Shown one piece after another: positions 36,935-46,546 of a stretch of DNA of 64,000 nt (position 1 is the first letter of the stretch; each line of letters begins with the position of its first letter). Both the position numbers and the translations under genes were made by a program. Location: the sequence record DRR723986_4815; one strand, written 5' to 3'. The notes under the pieces are model-generated. The model searched no databases. It saw only the letters and a list, made by a program, of their open reading frames with translations, and was not told where the DNA came from.

Positions 36935-37939
36935 ATGGCAAAGCTGTTTGGGCGTTCGGTATGTGTCGCGTTGTTGCTCAACTGTGTCACTCTAGGCAGT
37001 GTTGTTCTGATCACTGGCGGGCTGGTCAGCGCCTCTGCTCAGGCGGCTGAAAAGGGTTTCAAGCAGCTCTTTGATGGGAAATCGCTCGCCGGGTGGGAAG
37101 GGAATGAAGATTGCTTTCGCGTCGAAGACGGCAGTATTGTTGCCGGTACGCTGAAAGAGAAAATTCCTCACAACGAGTTCTTGGCAACAGAGCAGCAGTA
37201 TTCGAACTTTGAACTCCGCTTGGACGTGAAGCTGGTCGGCGCGGGCGAAAATGCTGGAGTGCAGTTTCGTTCTAAGAGAGTTGAGGGTTCCACTGAAGTT
37301 GAAGGCTATCAAGCCGATGCAGGGCAAGCCTGGGACCGTCCAGTATGGGGAGCACTTTACGATGAATCTCGGCGGCGAAAAATGCTGGCCGAAGGCCCCA
37401 AAGAAAAACTTGTCGGCTGGGTGAAGCAGGGAGACTGGAACGAGCTACGAATTGTAGCAGTAGACGAACATATCAGTTTGTATCTGAACGGACATCTTAC
37501 AGTTAATTACACCGAAGAAGACGATGCCATCGCACGTAGCGGCATCATCGCGCTGCAGATTCACTCCGGTCCGCCAAGCGAGGCTTGGTATCGTAACATT
37601 CGCGTTCGCAAAATCGGCAAGGTTGAGGCACTGCGCCGCCAGAAGATTGCGATCCTCACGAAGCTTGTCGAGTGGCGAACAGCAAGCAGTGAGAACGGAA
37701 CCCTTGATGTAGTGCAGGTGCTTGCAGCCAAAAAGGATCTACTGCGTGCTAAGTTAGAATTGGCCGAAACAACCGACCAGAAGCAATCAATCTTGCGTGA
37801 GATGATTGATTGCCAGTCGGACGTTGTCGACATCGCCCAAGCTAGACACGGAGTAGCTGCTTCTGGTGCTGAGAATGCGTTGTCTGCGAAAGTCGAGCTG
37901 ATCGACCTTCAGGTGCAACTTGAACAACTGGGCAACTGA
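36935..37939 (+). CDS. Secreted DUF1080 (3-keto-disaccharide hydrolase-like) protein with a C-terminal helical extension
   Basis: Signal peptide; LFDGKSLAGW, NAGVQFRS, GDWN and IALQIHSG..WYRNIRV motifs; about 105 extra helical residues. Confidence 0.88.
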   Translation: MAKLFGRSVCVALLLNCVTLGSVVLITGGLVSASAQAAEKGFKQLFDGKSLAGWEGNEDCFRVEDGSIVAGTLKEKIPHNEFLATEQQYSNFELRLDVKLVGAGENAGVQFRSKRVEGSTEVEGYQADAGQAWDRPVWGALYDESRRRKMLAEGPKEKLVGWVKQGDWNELRIVAVDEHISLYLNGHLTVNYTEEDDAIARSGIIALQIHSGPPSEAWYRNIRVRKIGKVEALRRQKIAILTKLVEWRTASSENGTLDVVQVLAAKKDLLRAKLELAETTDQKQSILREMIDCQSDVVDIAQARHGVAASGAENALSAKVELIDLQVQLEQLGN

Positions 37940-37944
37940 GCCAG

Positions 37945-38892
37945 CTACGCTTGAATGTAGCCGGATAGCTGGTCAAGCAGTCTCTCGAGAATTTCGACGT
38001 CGCTGCTCGGTCGAGTCGGACTGCCTGGATAGGTCGTATCGTTGCTCAGCCAACCTCGCAGCTTGAGAAACTGAGCTGCCGTGTGCTTGTAAGCCGGCAC
38101 TGGATCTCGAAAGGCGAAAAAGCCCATGTACTGTAAAACATCATTGAGTTGGTAGAAGTCTGAATCTCCAGCCTGCCACATGGCGTCTCGACGCGCGAAC
38201 AAGTCTGGAGCCATGGTTGATAGCCCGAGCAGATAGTCGCTGCCGTACATCACCATGTCGATCGCAAGATCATTTCCGGTCAGCACGTGAAACTCAGGCC
38301 GAACTTCGTCCCGGATCGCGAGACGCTGCCACTCTAGTTCCCGGTTCAGTGAGCTGTGTTTTGCACCAACGCAAGCAGGGATCTGAATCAACTGCCGGTA
38401 GGTTTCGAGCGAGTAGATCTTGCCGAATGGGGCAAACATGGTTCCGAGCTCAAACGCGATGAAACGATCTGCGATACGACCGAATGATTCATAGGCACCG
38501 ATCAGCTCAGCGTCACTCAGGCTTGTAAGTCCGAATGACTGGAAGATGACGGGGGTTCCATCGTGCGCGGTGATTGAGCTGATCTGCTGCGCGTAGCCAT
38601 CCGCATCGAAGCTGGCGTCTGGACCGCCCGGTACGAAAGCTCCAGCGACATATTCCCTACCGCTGCATAACGATTGCGTTCGCTCAAGAACATTCACGCG
38701 AGTTGATTCGTTGATAAGGTTCGCAAACCCAGTGTCCATGTTGACGGCTGGGACGAGTCCAGCGTCGAGCGTGCGAGTCACATGGGCATCGAAACTCGGC
38801 CAGTCCACTTCGTCGCCACCGGTCAACGGAAGGAGTATGGCGGACATGCCGAGGATTTTTCGCTTCGGCTTGATGCTCGGGACGTTGTTCAT
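37945..38892 (-). CDS. Dihydrodipicolinate synthase-like (class I aldolase fold) protein
   Basis: SAILLP..GDEVDW, GAKHSS (Schiff-base Lys position), VLTGND. Start set at MNNVPS. Confidence 0.8.
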   Translation of the reverse strand: MNNVPSIKPKRKILGMSAILLPLTGGDEVDWPSFDAHVTRTLDAGLVPAVNMDTGFANLINESTRVNVLERTQSLCSGREYVAGAFVPGGPDASFDADGYAQQISSITAHDGTPVIFQSFGLTSLSDAELIGAYESFGRIADRFIAFELGTMFAPFGKIYSLETYRQLIQIPACVGAKHSSLNRELEWQRLAIRDEVRPEFHVLTGNDLAIDMVMYGSDYLLGLSTMAPDLFARRDAMWQAGDSDFYQLNDVLQYMGFFAFRDPVPAYKHTAAQFLKLRGWLSNDTTYPGSPTRPSSDVEILERLLDQLSGYIQA

Positions 38893-38960
38893 AACTCTGG
38901 ATCGTATTGCGGGACCTAGATTAGTTCTTCGCCTTCCGGCGGCCTTCTCAATCTCAAATC

Positions 38961-39833
38961 CTACATGCCCTTCCATTTTACGCCACCGGAGTGACGGATA
39001 TCGCCGGAGTGAGACGACGGGCGCTTTCGATTTTGGTCGTCCGACGGCGGGGCTGGTTCGCTTGAGGATGCAACCTCTGATTCCTGCGGACCGCCCTGCT
39101 CTGCCTCGGCGTCTGGATCGTAGTTCAGCGCCGCCATGGCGGCTTGGAAGTCGCTCGTGTCTTCAACAACCTCACCGTCGCGAAGCACAATTGTCCGTTT
39201 GGCATTTCGGGCAACGTTGGGATCGTGGGTTACCAGAATCACAGTCAGTCCGTGAACTTCGTTCAGTTCTCTGAAGAGGGCGATGACTTCTCGTGATGTT
39301 TTGGAATCCAGGTTTCCTGTCGGCTCATCACCCATCAAGATCGAAGGGTGGTTCACGAGCGCTCGGGCAATAGCAACACGTTGCTGCTGGCCACCGGAAA
39401 GTTGGCTTGAATGGTGATAGAGCCGATCGCCCAGTCCCACTTTGGTGAGCAAGTCAATTGCCCGTTGTCGCCGCGCTTTCGGTGACAAGCCTTTCGCGTA
39501 CAAAAGCGGCAGTTCGACGTTTTCAACTGCGGATGTTCGGTTGAGCAGATTGAAATTCTGAAATACGAAGCCAAGCTGCTTGTTGCGAATCCTTGCTCGC
39601 TCGTCACGAGACATGGAGACAATTTCATCTCCGTCGAGTTTATAGCTGCCATGCGATGGCCGATCGAGGCAGCCGAGTGTGTTCATCAGCGTGCTCTTGC
39701 CACTGCCGCTGGGGCCGATCAGCGCAACGTACTCACCCTTTTCGATATTGAGTGTCACGCTGCGCAGCGCGTGGACTTCGACCTCGCCCAGGTCGTATAC
39801 ACGTCGGACGCCATTGAGTTCGATGAGGGCCAT
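38961..39833 (-). CDS. ABC transporter ATP-binding protein (MacB/LolD-type)
   Basis: [32 protein letters not shown] and VTHD motifs. Confidence 0.95.
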   Translation of the reverse strand: MALIELNGVRRVYDLGEVEVHALRSVTLNIEKGEYVALIGPSGSGKSTLMNTLGCLDRPSHGSYKLDGDEIVSMSRDERARIRNKQLGFVFQNFNLLNRTSAVENVELPLLYAKGLSPKARRQRAIDLLTKVGLGDRLYHHSSQLSGGQQQRVAIARALVNHPSILMGDEPTGNLDSKTSREVIALFRELNEVHGLTVILVTHDPNVARNAKRTIVLRDGEVVEDTSDFQAAMAALNYDPDAEAEQGGPQESEVASSSEPAPPSDDQNRKRPSSHSGDIRHSGGVKWKGM

Positions 39834-39837
39834 AGCG

Positions 39838-41079
39838 TTACTCGTACCTCAATGCATCGATCGGATCGAGCTTGCTTGCGCGGCGGGCGGGATAGTACCC
39901 GAAGAAAATTCCAACGGCAGCGGCAAAGCCCATGGCAATACCTGCTGCTGGAAGCGAGATGACAATTGGCCAGTCGCTTCCGGAGCTGAATGAGTTGATC
40001 AGCATCGTCGCGCCGGCGGAGGCGCTCATGCCAAGGACGACACCGATGAATCCACCGATGCAGCTTAGTACAATCGATTCGACTAAGAACTGACGCAGGA
40101 TGTCTTTCCCGCGTGCGCCGATAGCCATGCGAATGCCGATTTCTCGTGTTCGCTCGGTCACGCTAACGAGCATGATGTTCATAATCCCGACACCGCCGAC
40201 GAGCAGGGAAATACCGGCAATGGCAGCCAGCATGAGTGTCAGGATGCCGGTGATGACGCCAAGGGAATCGGCGATTTCTGTGGTGTTTTGTACGCGAAAG
40301 TCCGGTTTCTCTCCCGGAGGAATTCCGTGGCGTTCAAAGAGAAGTTGTTCAATTTCACTGGTCGCCGTTGCCATCAACTGCGGGGAAACGGCGGATACCA
40401 TCAGTGCGTTGACATCGTTGAATCGTGAACCCTGTAGGCTTCGGCGAACCGTTGTGTAAGGCATCAACAGGACGTTGTCTTGGTCTTGCCCGACCATGTT
40501 GGCACCCTTCTTGTCGAGGATGCCGATCACGCGAAACGGAATGTTCTTGACGCGAATCATCTTGCCGATCGGATTCGTCGTTTGAAAGAGCTTGCGGACG
40601 ACCGTGTGCCCGATGACGCAAACTTTGGAAGCGCTGCGGATTTCGGTTTCGGTAAAGAAGCCTCCGGCGTCTAACTGCCAGTTTCGAACAGTCAGGTAGT
40701 TCGCGCCAACGCCCTGCATCTCATTTGGGTTCCAGTTGGCATTGCCGTAGATGACTTGGCCACCGGTTCCGACGATCGGGGAAGAAGCCAGTACACTCTT
40801 GCACTCCGACTCTATCGCTTCAGAGTCATCAGCGGTCAGCGTCACGACGGCTGACTGCCGAACGCCGCCACGGCTTTGAGACGCGGGAAACACAACGATG
40901 ACATTTGTCCCGAGTGCTTCGAATTGCTGTTGAACCAGCGCGCCAGCACTTTGGCCGATCGACACCATCGTAGTCACAGCGGCGATGCCAATGACCACAC
41001 CGAGAACGGTAAGGCTGGCCCGCATCTTGTTCTTCAGGAGCGCTCGGATGGCGATTTTAAATGTGTCCCAGATCGACAT
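39838..41079 (-). CDS. MacB-type ABC permease
   Basis: NKMRASLTVLGVVIG, GGVGIMNIMLVSVTERTREIGIRMAIGA and PARRASKLDPIDALRYE motifs. Confidence 0.95.
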   Translation of the reverse strand: MSIWDTFKIAIRALLKNKMRASLTVLGVVIGIAAVTTMVSIGQSAGALVQQQFEALGTNVIVVFPASQSRGGVRQSAVVTLTADDSEAIESECKSVLASSPIVGTGGQVIYGNANWNPNEMQGVGANYLTVRNWQLDAGGFFTETEIRSASKVCVIGHTVVRKLFQTTNPIGKMIRVKNIPFRVIGILDKKGANMVGQDQDNVLLMPYTTVRRSLQGSRFNDVNALMVSAVSPQLMATATSEIEQLLFERHGIPPGEKPDFRVQNTTEIADSLGVITGILTLMLAAIAGISLLVGGVGIMNIMLVSVTERTREIGIRMAIGARGKDILRQFLVESIVLSCIGGFIGVVLGMSASAGATMLINSFSSGSDWPIVISLPAAGIAMGFAAAVGIFFGYYPARRASKLDPIDALRYE

Positions 41080-41083
41080 TGGC

Positions 41084-42340
41084 CTACTTGCGCTTTCTGC
41101 CAGTAACCAATTCCATCTCGTCCGTCACGTCGCCTTCGTCAACAACCGTATACCGGCTCTCGCTGATTCCGGTGACGATTTCGATCGCCTTGAGGTACTC
41201 ACCATCTTGCACCCAAACGTGCCTGCGGTTCTTGTCACGTTGGGCGGTTGCTTTCTCTTCGGCAGAGAGATCGCCGTCGGACTCCGATTCCTCAGTGCTT
41301 GACCATCGCGAACCGTCTAGCAACTCGCGGTCCTCTTCGCGAACCAGATTGATTTCTTCGGGGAAGAAACGAAGTGCCGAGTTGGGGATCTTCAGAACGT
41401 CGGTCCGTTTGTCGACTTCGAAGGAGATGGTAGCCGTCATCCCAGGCAGCAGTTTCAAATCTGGATTGGAAGCCGCGACAACTACTGGGTACGTGACCAC
41501 GTTTTGGACTTCGGTCGCACTGATCCGAATTTGTTCAATCTCGCCTTCGAACAGCTCTCCGTCGTAAGCGCTGACGGTGAAGGTAACAGGTCGGCCTTCC
41601 TCTTGCGCTCGCTGTAGTTGGCCAATGTCTTGTTCGTCGACGGAAGCGAAGACATGAACTTTCTCACGCAGATCGGGGGCAATGACGAAAAGCTCTGGCG
41701 TCTGGAATTGGGATGCAAGTGTTGCACCGGGGTCGATTTTACGTTCAATAATGATCCCATCGACGGGCGATCGAATTTCACAGTAGTTTAGGTTTGCGGT
41801 CGAATTTTGCAGACTCGCTCGCGCCTGCAAGACGGAAGCCCTAGCTAGCTTCAGTTGTGCTTCGAGCCCTTCGCAGTCAAAACGCAGGGCGTCCATTTCA
41901 CGGTCCGACAGAAAATCTTCGTTGCGCTCGCGAAGCTTCTCGCCACGCATGAGATTGTTCCGTGCCTGCTGCAACTGAGCAGTGACACGATCCACTTCGG
42001 CTTCGCGCGACGACAGGGTCGCTTCGTCGCGTGCAACGTTGGCAGCAAACAGCCGTGGGTCAACTCGTGCCAGAAGATCACCCTCTTTGACTTCATCGTT
42101 GAAGTCCACGCTCAGTTCAACGATGGGGCCGGAGACAAACGAGCCAATCGCGACGCTGAGAACAGGTTCAATCTTGCCGCTGGTGGTAATGGTCTTGGTG
42201 GCGTCGCCCGTAACGACCTTTGCGGTTTCCCATTCCGGTTTGTTGCGCTCGCGAAGATACTTCATCGCTGGTTGGTAACCGGCCGCGCCCAGGCCACCGA
42301 CGATGACCGAGAAAATCAGTAATTTGACCAGGAATCTCAT
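41084..42340 (-). CDS. MacA-like periplasmic adaptor (membrane fusion protein)
   Basis: N-terminal anchor, GSFVSGPIVELSVDFND, coiled coil, IRSPVDG, VDEQDIG, LLPGMTA. Confidence 0.93.
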   Translation of the reverse strand: MRFLVKLLIFSVIVGGLGAAGYQPAMKYLRERNKPEWETAKVVTGDATKTITTSGKIEPVLSVAIGSFVSGPIVELSVDFNDEVKEGDLLARVDPRLFAANVARDEATLSSREAEVDRVTAQLQQARNNLMRGEKLRERNEDFLSDREMDALRFDCEGLEAQLKLARASVLQARASLQNSTANLNYCEIRSPVDGIIIERKIDPGATLASQFQTPELFVIAPDLREKVHVFASVDEQDIGQLQRAQEEGRPVTFTVSAYDGELFEGEIEQIRISATEVQNVVTYPVVVAASNPDLKLLPGMTATISFEVDKRTDVLKIPNSALRFFPEEINLVREEDRELLDGSRWSSTEESESDGDLSAEEKATAQRDKNRRHVWVQDGEYLKAIEIVTGISESRYTVVDEGDVTDEMELVTGRKRK

Positions 42341-42620
42341 AGTGTGATGATTGTCAGTGGCTTTAGGTGGGAGCAGCAGCTCAGGGCGGGCGAGTCGGCG
42401 CGAAAAGAGTGCTTCTAGTACGCAAGCGGCAACCGACTTATACGCCGATTCGCTTCAAAGTTGCACGCTATTCTGACTTGGCTGACGAGCCGCGTCCATT
42501 GTTTTCCGCGGCTTGTATTCGACAGTGTCCGCTAAATGTTGCCATCGCAGCCAGAATTCGTTGCATTCTCCGCACGAAAAGCCGGCCATGGAAACTCTGG
42601 TCTACCCGCCGCACTGTTCA

Positions 42621-44492
42621 CTACTGTCCAGAGACTGGCATCAGCCCGGTACCAATTGTTTGCTCGGGGCTGTTTTCGCCAGCTTTTACTGTGAAGGGCC
42701 CGTTGGAGTAGACCTTGGGCGTGAAGGAAGCGTCTTGGGAACGGACGGTGTAGAGGGTTTCGCCTGTCGCTTCATCAATGACCTGGACGACAGGGCGGCG
42801 AACGCCTTCGATGGAGACAGGGGCCAGTTCTCCGGTCGGCTTCCTGCCGTCGTTGTCTTCCATCCGGATTGTGATTGGCCAGCCTGGGAACTGCGCCTCG
42901 TCACCTTCGGAAAGGTCGACGAATCTTGGCCAGCACTCGAAGCGAGCGGTGCCTTTGGCTTTGTTGACTCGGACGATGCCATAGCCGTCGGCACGCTGCT
43001 TTTCGTCCCGGACGTTGGGAGGGTTAGCGTAGGCCAGCATTGAAATCTTGTTGCCTAGGCCGTCCTCGAACTCTCCGGTCCACGGTAGCGGTCCGCCTTC
43101 GACAGCGTTCGGACCAGCCTTTTCGTCCTCGGGATGCCACCACCTTCCGTAGATTGTGTTGACGATCGCTGGACTGGTAAAGCCAAACGGCCCGTCGGCG
43201 TAGTCGTCGATACCATGCTTGACGACGACGGCTAAGTGTTGGTCGCCACACAGGTGAGGTGCCCACGCGCTGCGGATCAGTCGCAGTGCTTTGTTCCGGC
43301 CAGTTTGCGGCCAGCCGTTGCTATCCAAGTCTGCAAGCAAGCGATTGGAGGGTTGGCCGTGCAGGTGGACTGCACCGCAGAAGGCCGTTTGTGACAAGGC
43401 GATCTTGAATCGGGCACCTTCCCAATCTTCGCTCCAAGCCTTGAGGAATGCGAGCTGCCGATCGCCAAGTAGCTTGAGCCCTTCTACGTCAACACTTGCA
43501 CGATCGTAAGCCGGATCGTTGATGTGATCCGGGCGTGGTCCCATCTTTGGGATTTTGCCTTCTGGTCCACTCTTGAACTTTCGATCTTCCAGGATCGCGA
43601 AGTCGATTTCTCCGACGCGAAGACGTGTGAAGTACACGCCAATGTCCTGTCCAATCGTTTGGCTGTCGAATGCATCCGGAAGGTGCCAAGTTTGTTGGCG
43701 CTGCACCATGTTGACATAGGAGCCTGGGTAGAAGTAGCCGCCATCGGGGCCAGCCGCCGTCGATGCCTTCTTGCCAGATTCACCCCACAGGTTTGCTTGG
43801 CCAACATCGTGGTCATCAGGAATCGTAATGGTTGGCCGGTCACGCATGATCTCGCGGAACTGGAGCCCAAATTCTAGCCAGCCAGCGGTGTGTTCAGTGT
43901 GGTGATAAGTTTGGTCGCCTGCGAAAAACAAAATGTCTGGATCTTGCTCAAGCAGGTTGGCAATCATAGTCTCGCGGGGGCCCTTCGTCCGGCTCGAATT
44001 GCACGATAGAGAGCCGATCACGATTTCGTTCTTGTCGACGGGGTCTTTCCGGATCGTACCCTCGAATACAGCCTCTTTACCGTGGCGGACGCGGTATTTC
44101 TTACTCTGGGAACCGTCCCAGTCGTCAATGCGGAAATGTGCGTCCCACCCGGGATACAGCACCTCGGAAGTGGCTACTTGCTTAAATTCTCCATCGCCAC
44201 TTTCGATCTCAAGCCGAGCAAGGCGGGCTTCATCAGGTTTGAGCGGGAAGAGCTGCGCAGTTAGCTTCAGGATTCCTGAGTCGTGCGTGTAGAGAGCGAA
44301 GGCAACGACATCCTTTCGGTCGACGTTGAGATCGAGGATTGAGCGTTTGCGTTTCGCCTGTTTTTCCCACCACTTGCCCGTCGTTTGCGAATCCAGGTTT
44401 GGAAAGCGTTCATCGAACAGTGCTGTCTGGGCAAGCGTTTCCGAGCATACGCACGCGACAAGTGCCAATGCGCAAATTCGAGTCAGGTGCAT
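42621..44492 (-). CDS. Secreted PhoD-like metallophosphatase
   Basis: Signal peptide from MHLTRICALAL; metal-ligand motifs FFAGDQTY, PDDHDVG and CGDQH. The longer ORF-track start overlaps folK and was not used. Confidence 0.82.
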   Translation of the reverse strand: MHLTRICALALVACVCSETLAQTALFDERFPNLDSQTTGKWWEKQAKRKRSILDLNVDRKDVVAFALYTHDSGILKLTAQLFPLKPDEARLARLEIESGDGEFKQVATSEVLYPGWDAHFRIDDWDGSQSKKYRVRHGKEAVFEGTIRKDPVDKNEIVIGSLSCNSSRTKGPRETMIANLLEQDPDILFFAGDQTYHHTEHTAGWLEFGLQFREIMRDRPTITIPDDHDVGQANLWGESGKKASTAAGPDGGYFYPGSYVNMVQRQQTWHLPDAFDSQTIGQDIGVYFTRLRVGEIDFAILEDRKFKSGPEGKIPKMGPRPDHINDPAYDRASVDVEGLKLLGDRQLAFLKAWSEDWEGARFKIALSQTAFCGAVHLHGQPSNRLLADLDSNGWPQTGRNKALRLIRSAWAPHLCGDQHLAVVVKHGIDDYADGPFGFTSPAIVNTIYGRWWHPEDEKAGPNAVEGGPLPWTGEFEDGLGNKISMLAYANPPNVRDEKQRADGYGIVRVNKAKGTARFECWPRFVDLSEGDEAQFPGWPITIRMEDNDGRKPTGELAPVSIEGVRRPVVQVIDEATGETLYTVRSQDASFTPKVYSNGPFTVKAGENSPEQTIGTGLMPVSGQ

Positions 44493-44572
44493 GAAAAAGC
44501 TCCGTCTGTTTCTTGATAGGCTTAAGTTCAGTTTTAAGGGAGTATATCCGATGCGGCGGGTCCACGCGCGAC

Positions 44573-45505
44573 CTAATGACTCGTCGGCGTGATTCGTTCC
44601 ACTGGGCAATCCATTGCATCTAAAGCCGCAGCAATCTCGTGCGCAGCCCAGTCGGGGTCGTCGGAGGATAATAGGTAGCGTGGGCAGTTGGCGTGGTTGG
44701 TTGCCAAGGTTTTCTGCGCAGAAGATTGTGGTTTGAATCCAAGTTGTATGGCTAGTTTGGAGTGGATGTCCTCCCACTGCGCTCCTTCGATGTCAACGCG
44801 AGGCGTCAGGTGTACCTCGAGGCCCGGCAGCAAGTCGCGATCATCATTGCTGAAGCTAGAAATCGCGTGATCAGAGGAATCGCTGTCTTCGGATGCAATC
44901 AGTTGCACCCAGCGTGAGCCGGGAGGCGGATCGATGCCTGGCATTCTCCATTTCGCGCCGGCGACGTGCACGGCACGCTGTAGCATTGCTTGGTGTTCCG
45001 CAGCGGTGGGGGCGATGACTGCGAGGCTCGATGGCCGTCCGTCCAGCCGCTGGGCGAGTTGAGAGATCGAGAACTTGGAGACTGGGTCGATCCAGTCCGC
45101 AGCAACTTCGTTGGCCGGAGCCAGGATGAATCTGCGCATGCACATGCGTGGGTGTGGGATTTTCAGCTTCGGAGTCCAAATGCGGTGCTCGCCGTGAAGC
45201 AAGATGTCGACATCGATTCTCCGCGCTTCCCAGCGGCGCTGTCGCACCCGACCCAGCTCCGTTTCAACCCGTCGAACGATCGACCACGCTTCCCAGGGAT
45301 CCAACTTGCTGGTCAGGGCGATGACCGCGTTGACAAAAGGCGGTTGGCCGGAGGGGCCGCCGACAGGTGGCGTGCGGTAAAGGCCGCTCAGTCGAAATTC
45401 CGAGTTTCCAGCACCAAACAATGACTGGAGGCGGTCGGCAGCCTGTCGTACGGACTTGCTCGGGTCGCCCAGGTTGGCTCCCAGGCTAATCAGCGTTTGG
45501 TACAT
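44573..45505 (-). CDS. folK: 2-amino-4-hydroxy-6-hydroxymethyldihydropteridine pyrophosphokinase with C-terminal extension
   Basis: ISLGANLG, PFVNAV, ELGRVR..RWEARRIDVDIL and IPHPRM..RRFIL.P motifs, plus about 145 extra residues. Confidence 0.92.
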   Translation of the reverse strand: MYQTLISLGANLGDPSKSVRQAADRLQSLFGAGNSEFRLSGLYRTPPVGGPSGQPPFVNAVIALTSKLDPWEAWSIVRRVETELGRVRQRRWEARRIDVDILLHGEHRIWTPKLKIPHPRMCMRRFILAPANEVAADWIDPVSKFSISQLAQRLDGRPSSLAVIAPTAAEHQAMLQRAVHVAGAKWRMPGIDPPPGSRWVQLIASEDSDSSDHAISSFSNDDRDLLPGLEVHLTPRVDIEGAQWEDIHSKLAIQLGFKPQSSAQKTLATNHANCPRYLLSSDDPDWAAHEIAAALDAMDCPVERITPTSH

Positions 45506-45775
45506 GGTTGACGAAACATCCTACGGTCATAACTGCGGAGGGGCCCCCGGCTGCCCATAAGTCCTGCCACTGGGCTGCCAACGGCCCAGTGAAGCCCTGT
45601 TCCCGAACGATTCTCGCGATCTCGTGATGCGTGTTATTGGTGCGGGGGCATTGCATTATTGAGGCATTTCGTTCACCCTGCCACCTGTGCGTAGGGTTTT
45701 GCAAACCTTCAATTTCGGGGACTTTCGGCTCGTCCCCACGCCAACGCTTTGGACCGTTGCTTCGTTGGCGAATCG

Positions 45776-45807
45776 TACAGTGACCAAAGGTTACAGTGAC
45801 CAAAGGT
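45776..45807 (+). repeat. Perfect 16-bp tandem duplication at the ABC operon translation start
   Basis: tacagtgaccaaaggt at 45776-45791 and again at 45792-45807. Confidence 0.9.
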
Positions 45808-45814
45808 AGTGTGG

Positions 45815-46546
45815 ATGACAATTCTGGAAGCCTGCGACGTCGTCAAAACGTACTCCAGCGGCGAAAGCCAGGTGCAGGCCTTGCGTGGAGTCTCGGTGTC
45901 ATTCGAGGTCGGGGAGTTTGCGGCCATTATGGGGCCCAGCGGTTCTGGCAAAAGTACTCTGCTTACCATACTGGGCGGTGTCGAGCGTCCGACTTCTGGC
46001 AAAGTTCTCCTTGAAGGGGCGGACATGTCGGAAATGGAGGAGGACCAGCGGACCATTTTGCGTCGACGAAGGCTGGGGTTCATCTTCCAGTCGTTCAATC
46101 TGCTTCCGAATCTTACCGCTTTAGAAAACGTTGCTTTGCCCATGGAGTTGGATGGCCGGCGGAGCAAAGACGCACGCCAGCAGGCGCTCGAATCGCTCGA
46201 GTTGGTAGAAATGGAACATCGTTGCGACCATCGGCCAAGTGCGCTTTCTGGGGGAGAACAACAGAGAGTTGCCATCGCACGAGCCCTTGCCATCAAGCCC
46301 GCTCTGTTGCTTGCCGACGAACCGACCGGGAATTTGGACTCCCGACAGGCTGGCCGCGTTATCGAGCTGCTCCGTGGGCTCGTTGAAGAGCACCAACAGT
46401 CTATCGTCATGGTGACTCACGATCCGGCCGTTGCCAAAGCAAGCCACCGTCTGGTTACGATTCGTGACGGACAGATCGAAGATGATGGTGACGCCGATAC
46501 GGTGCTTGGTCGCAACTCGCTCGCATTGACCCGGGACGAGCGATGA
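45815..46546 (+). CDS. ABC transporter ATP-binding protein (LolD/FtsE-type)
   Basis: [24 protein letters not shown] and DEPTGNLD motifs. ATG 45815 lies 7 nt after aaaggt. Confidence 0.95.
   Translation: MTILEACDVVKTYSSGESQVQALRGVSVSFEVGEFAAIMGPSGSGKSTLLTILGGVERPTSGKVLLEGADMSEMEEDQRTILRRRRLGFIFQSFNLLPNLTALENVALPMELDGRRSKDARQQALESLELVEMEHRCDHRPSALSGGEQQRVAIARALAIKPALLLADEPTGNLDSRQAGRVIELLRGLVEEHQQSIVMVTHDPAVAKASHRLVTIRDGQIEDDGDADTVLGRNSLALTRDER

Noticed and set aside
38961-42340. MacAB-type system as the dedicated exporter of the giant proteins
   Set aside because: It is not a type I secretion ABC (no peptidase or ABC-membrane domain), is separated by unrelated genes, and has no supporting evidence.
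44493-44777. N-terminal extensions given by the ORF track for phoD-like (also trpE, rimK, map, ilvD and the DapA-like gene)
   Set aside because: They overlap neighbouring genes or precede the family-typical N-terminus or signal peptide; downstream ATGs were chosen.
45776-45807. Tandem repeat as a CtsR box or CRISPR remnant
   Set aside because: Sequence and 16-bp period do not fit the CtsR heptad repeat; there are no spacers or cas genes.
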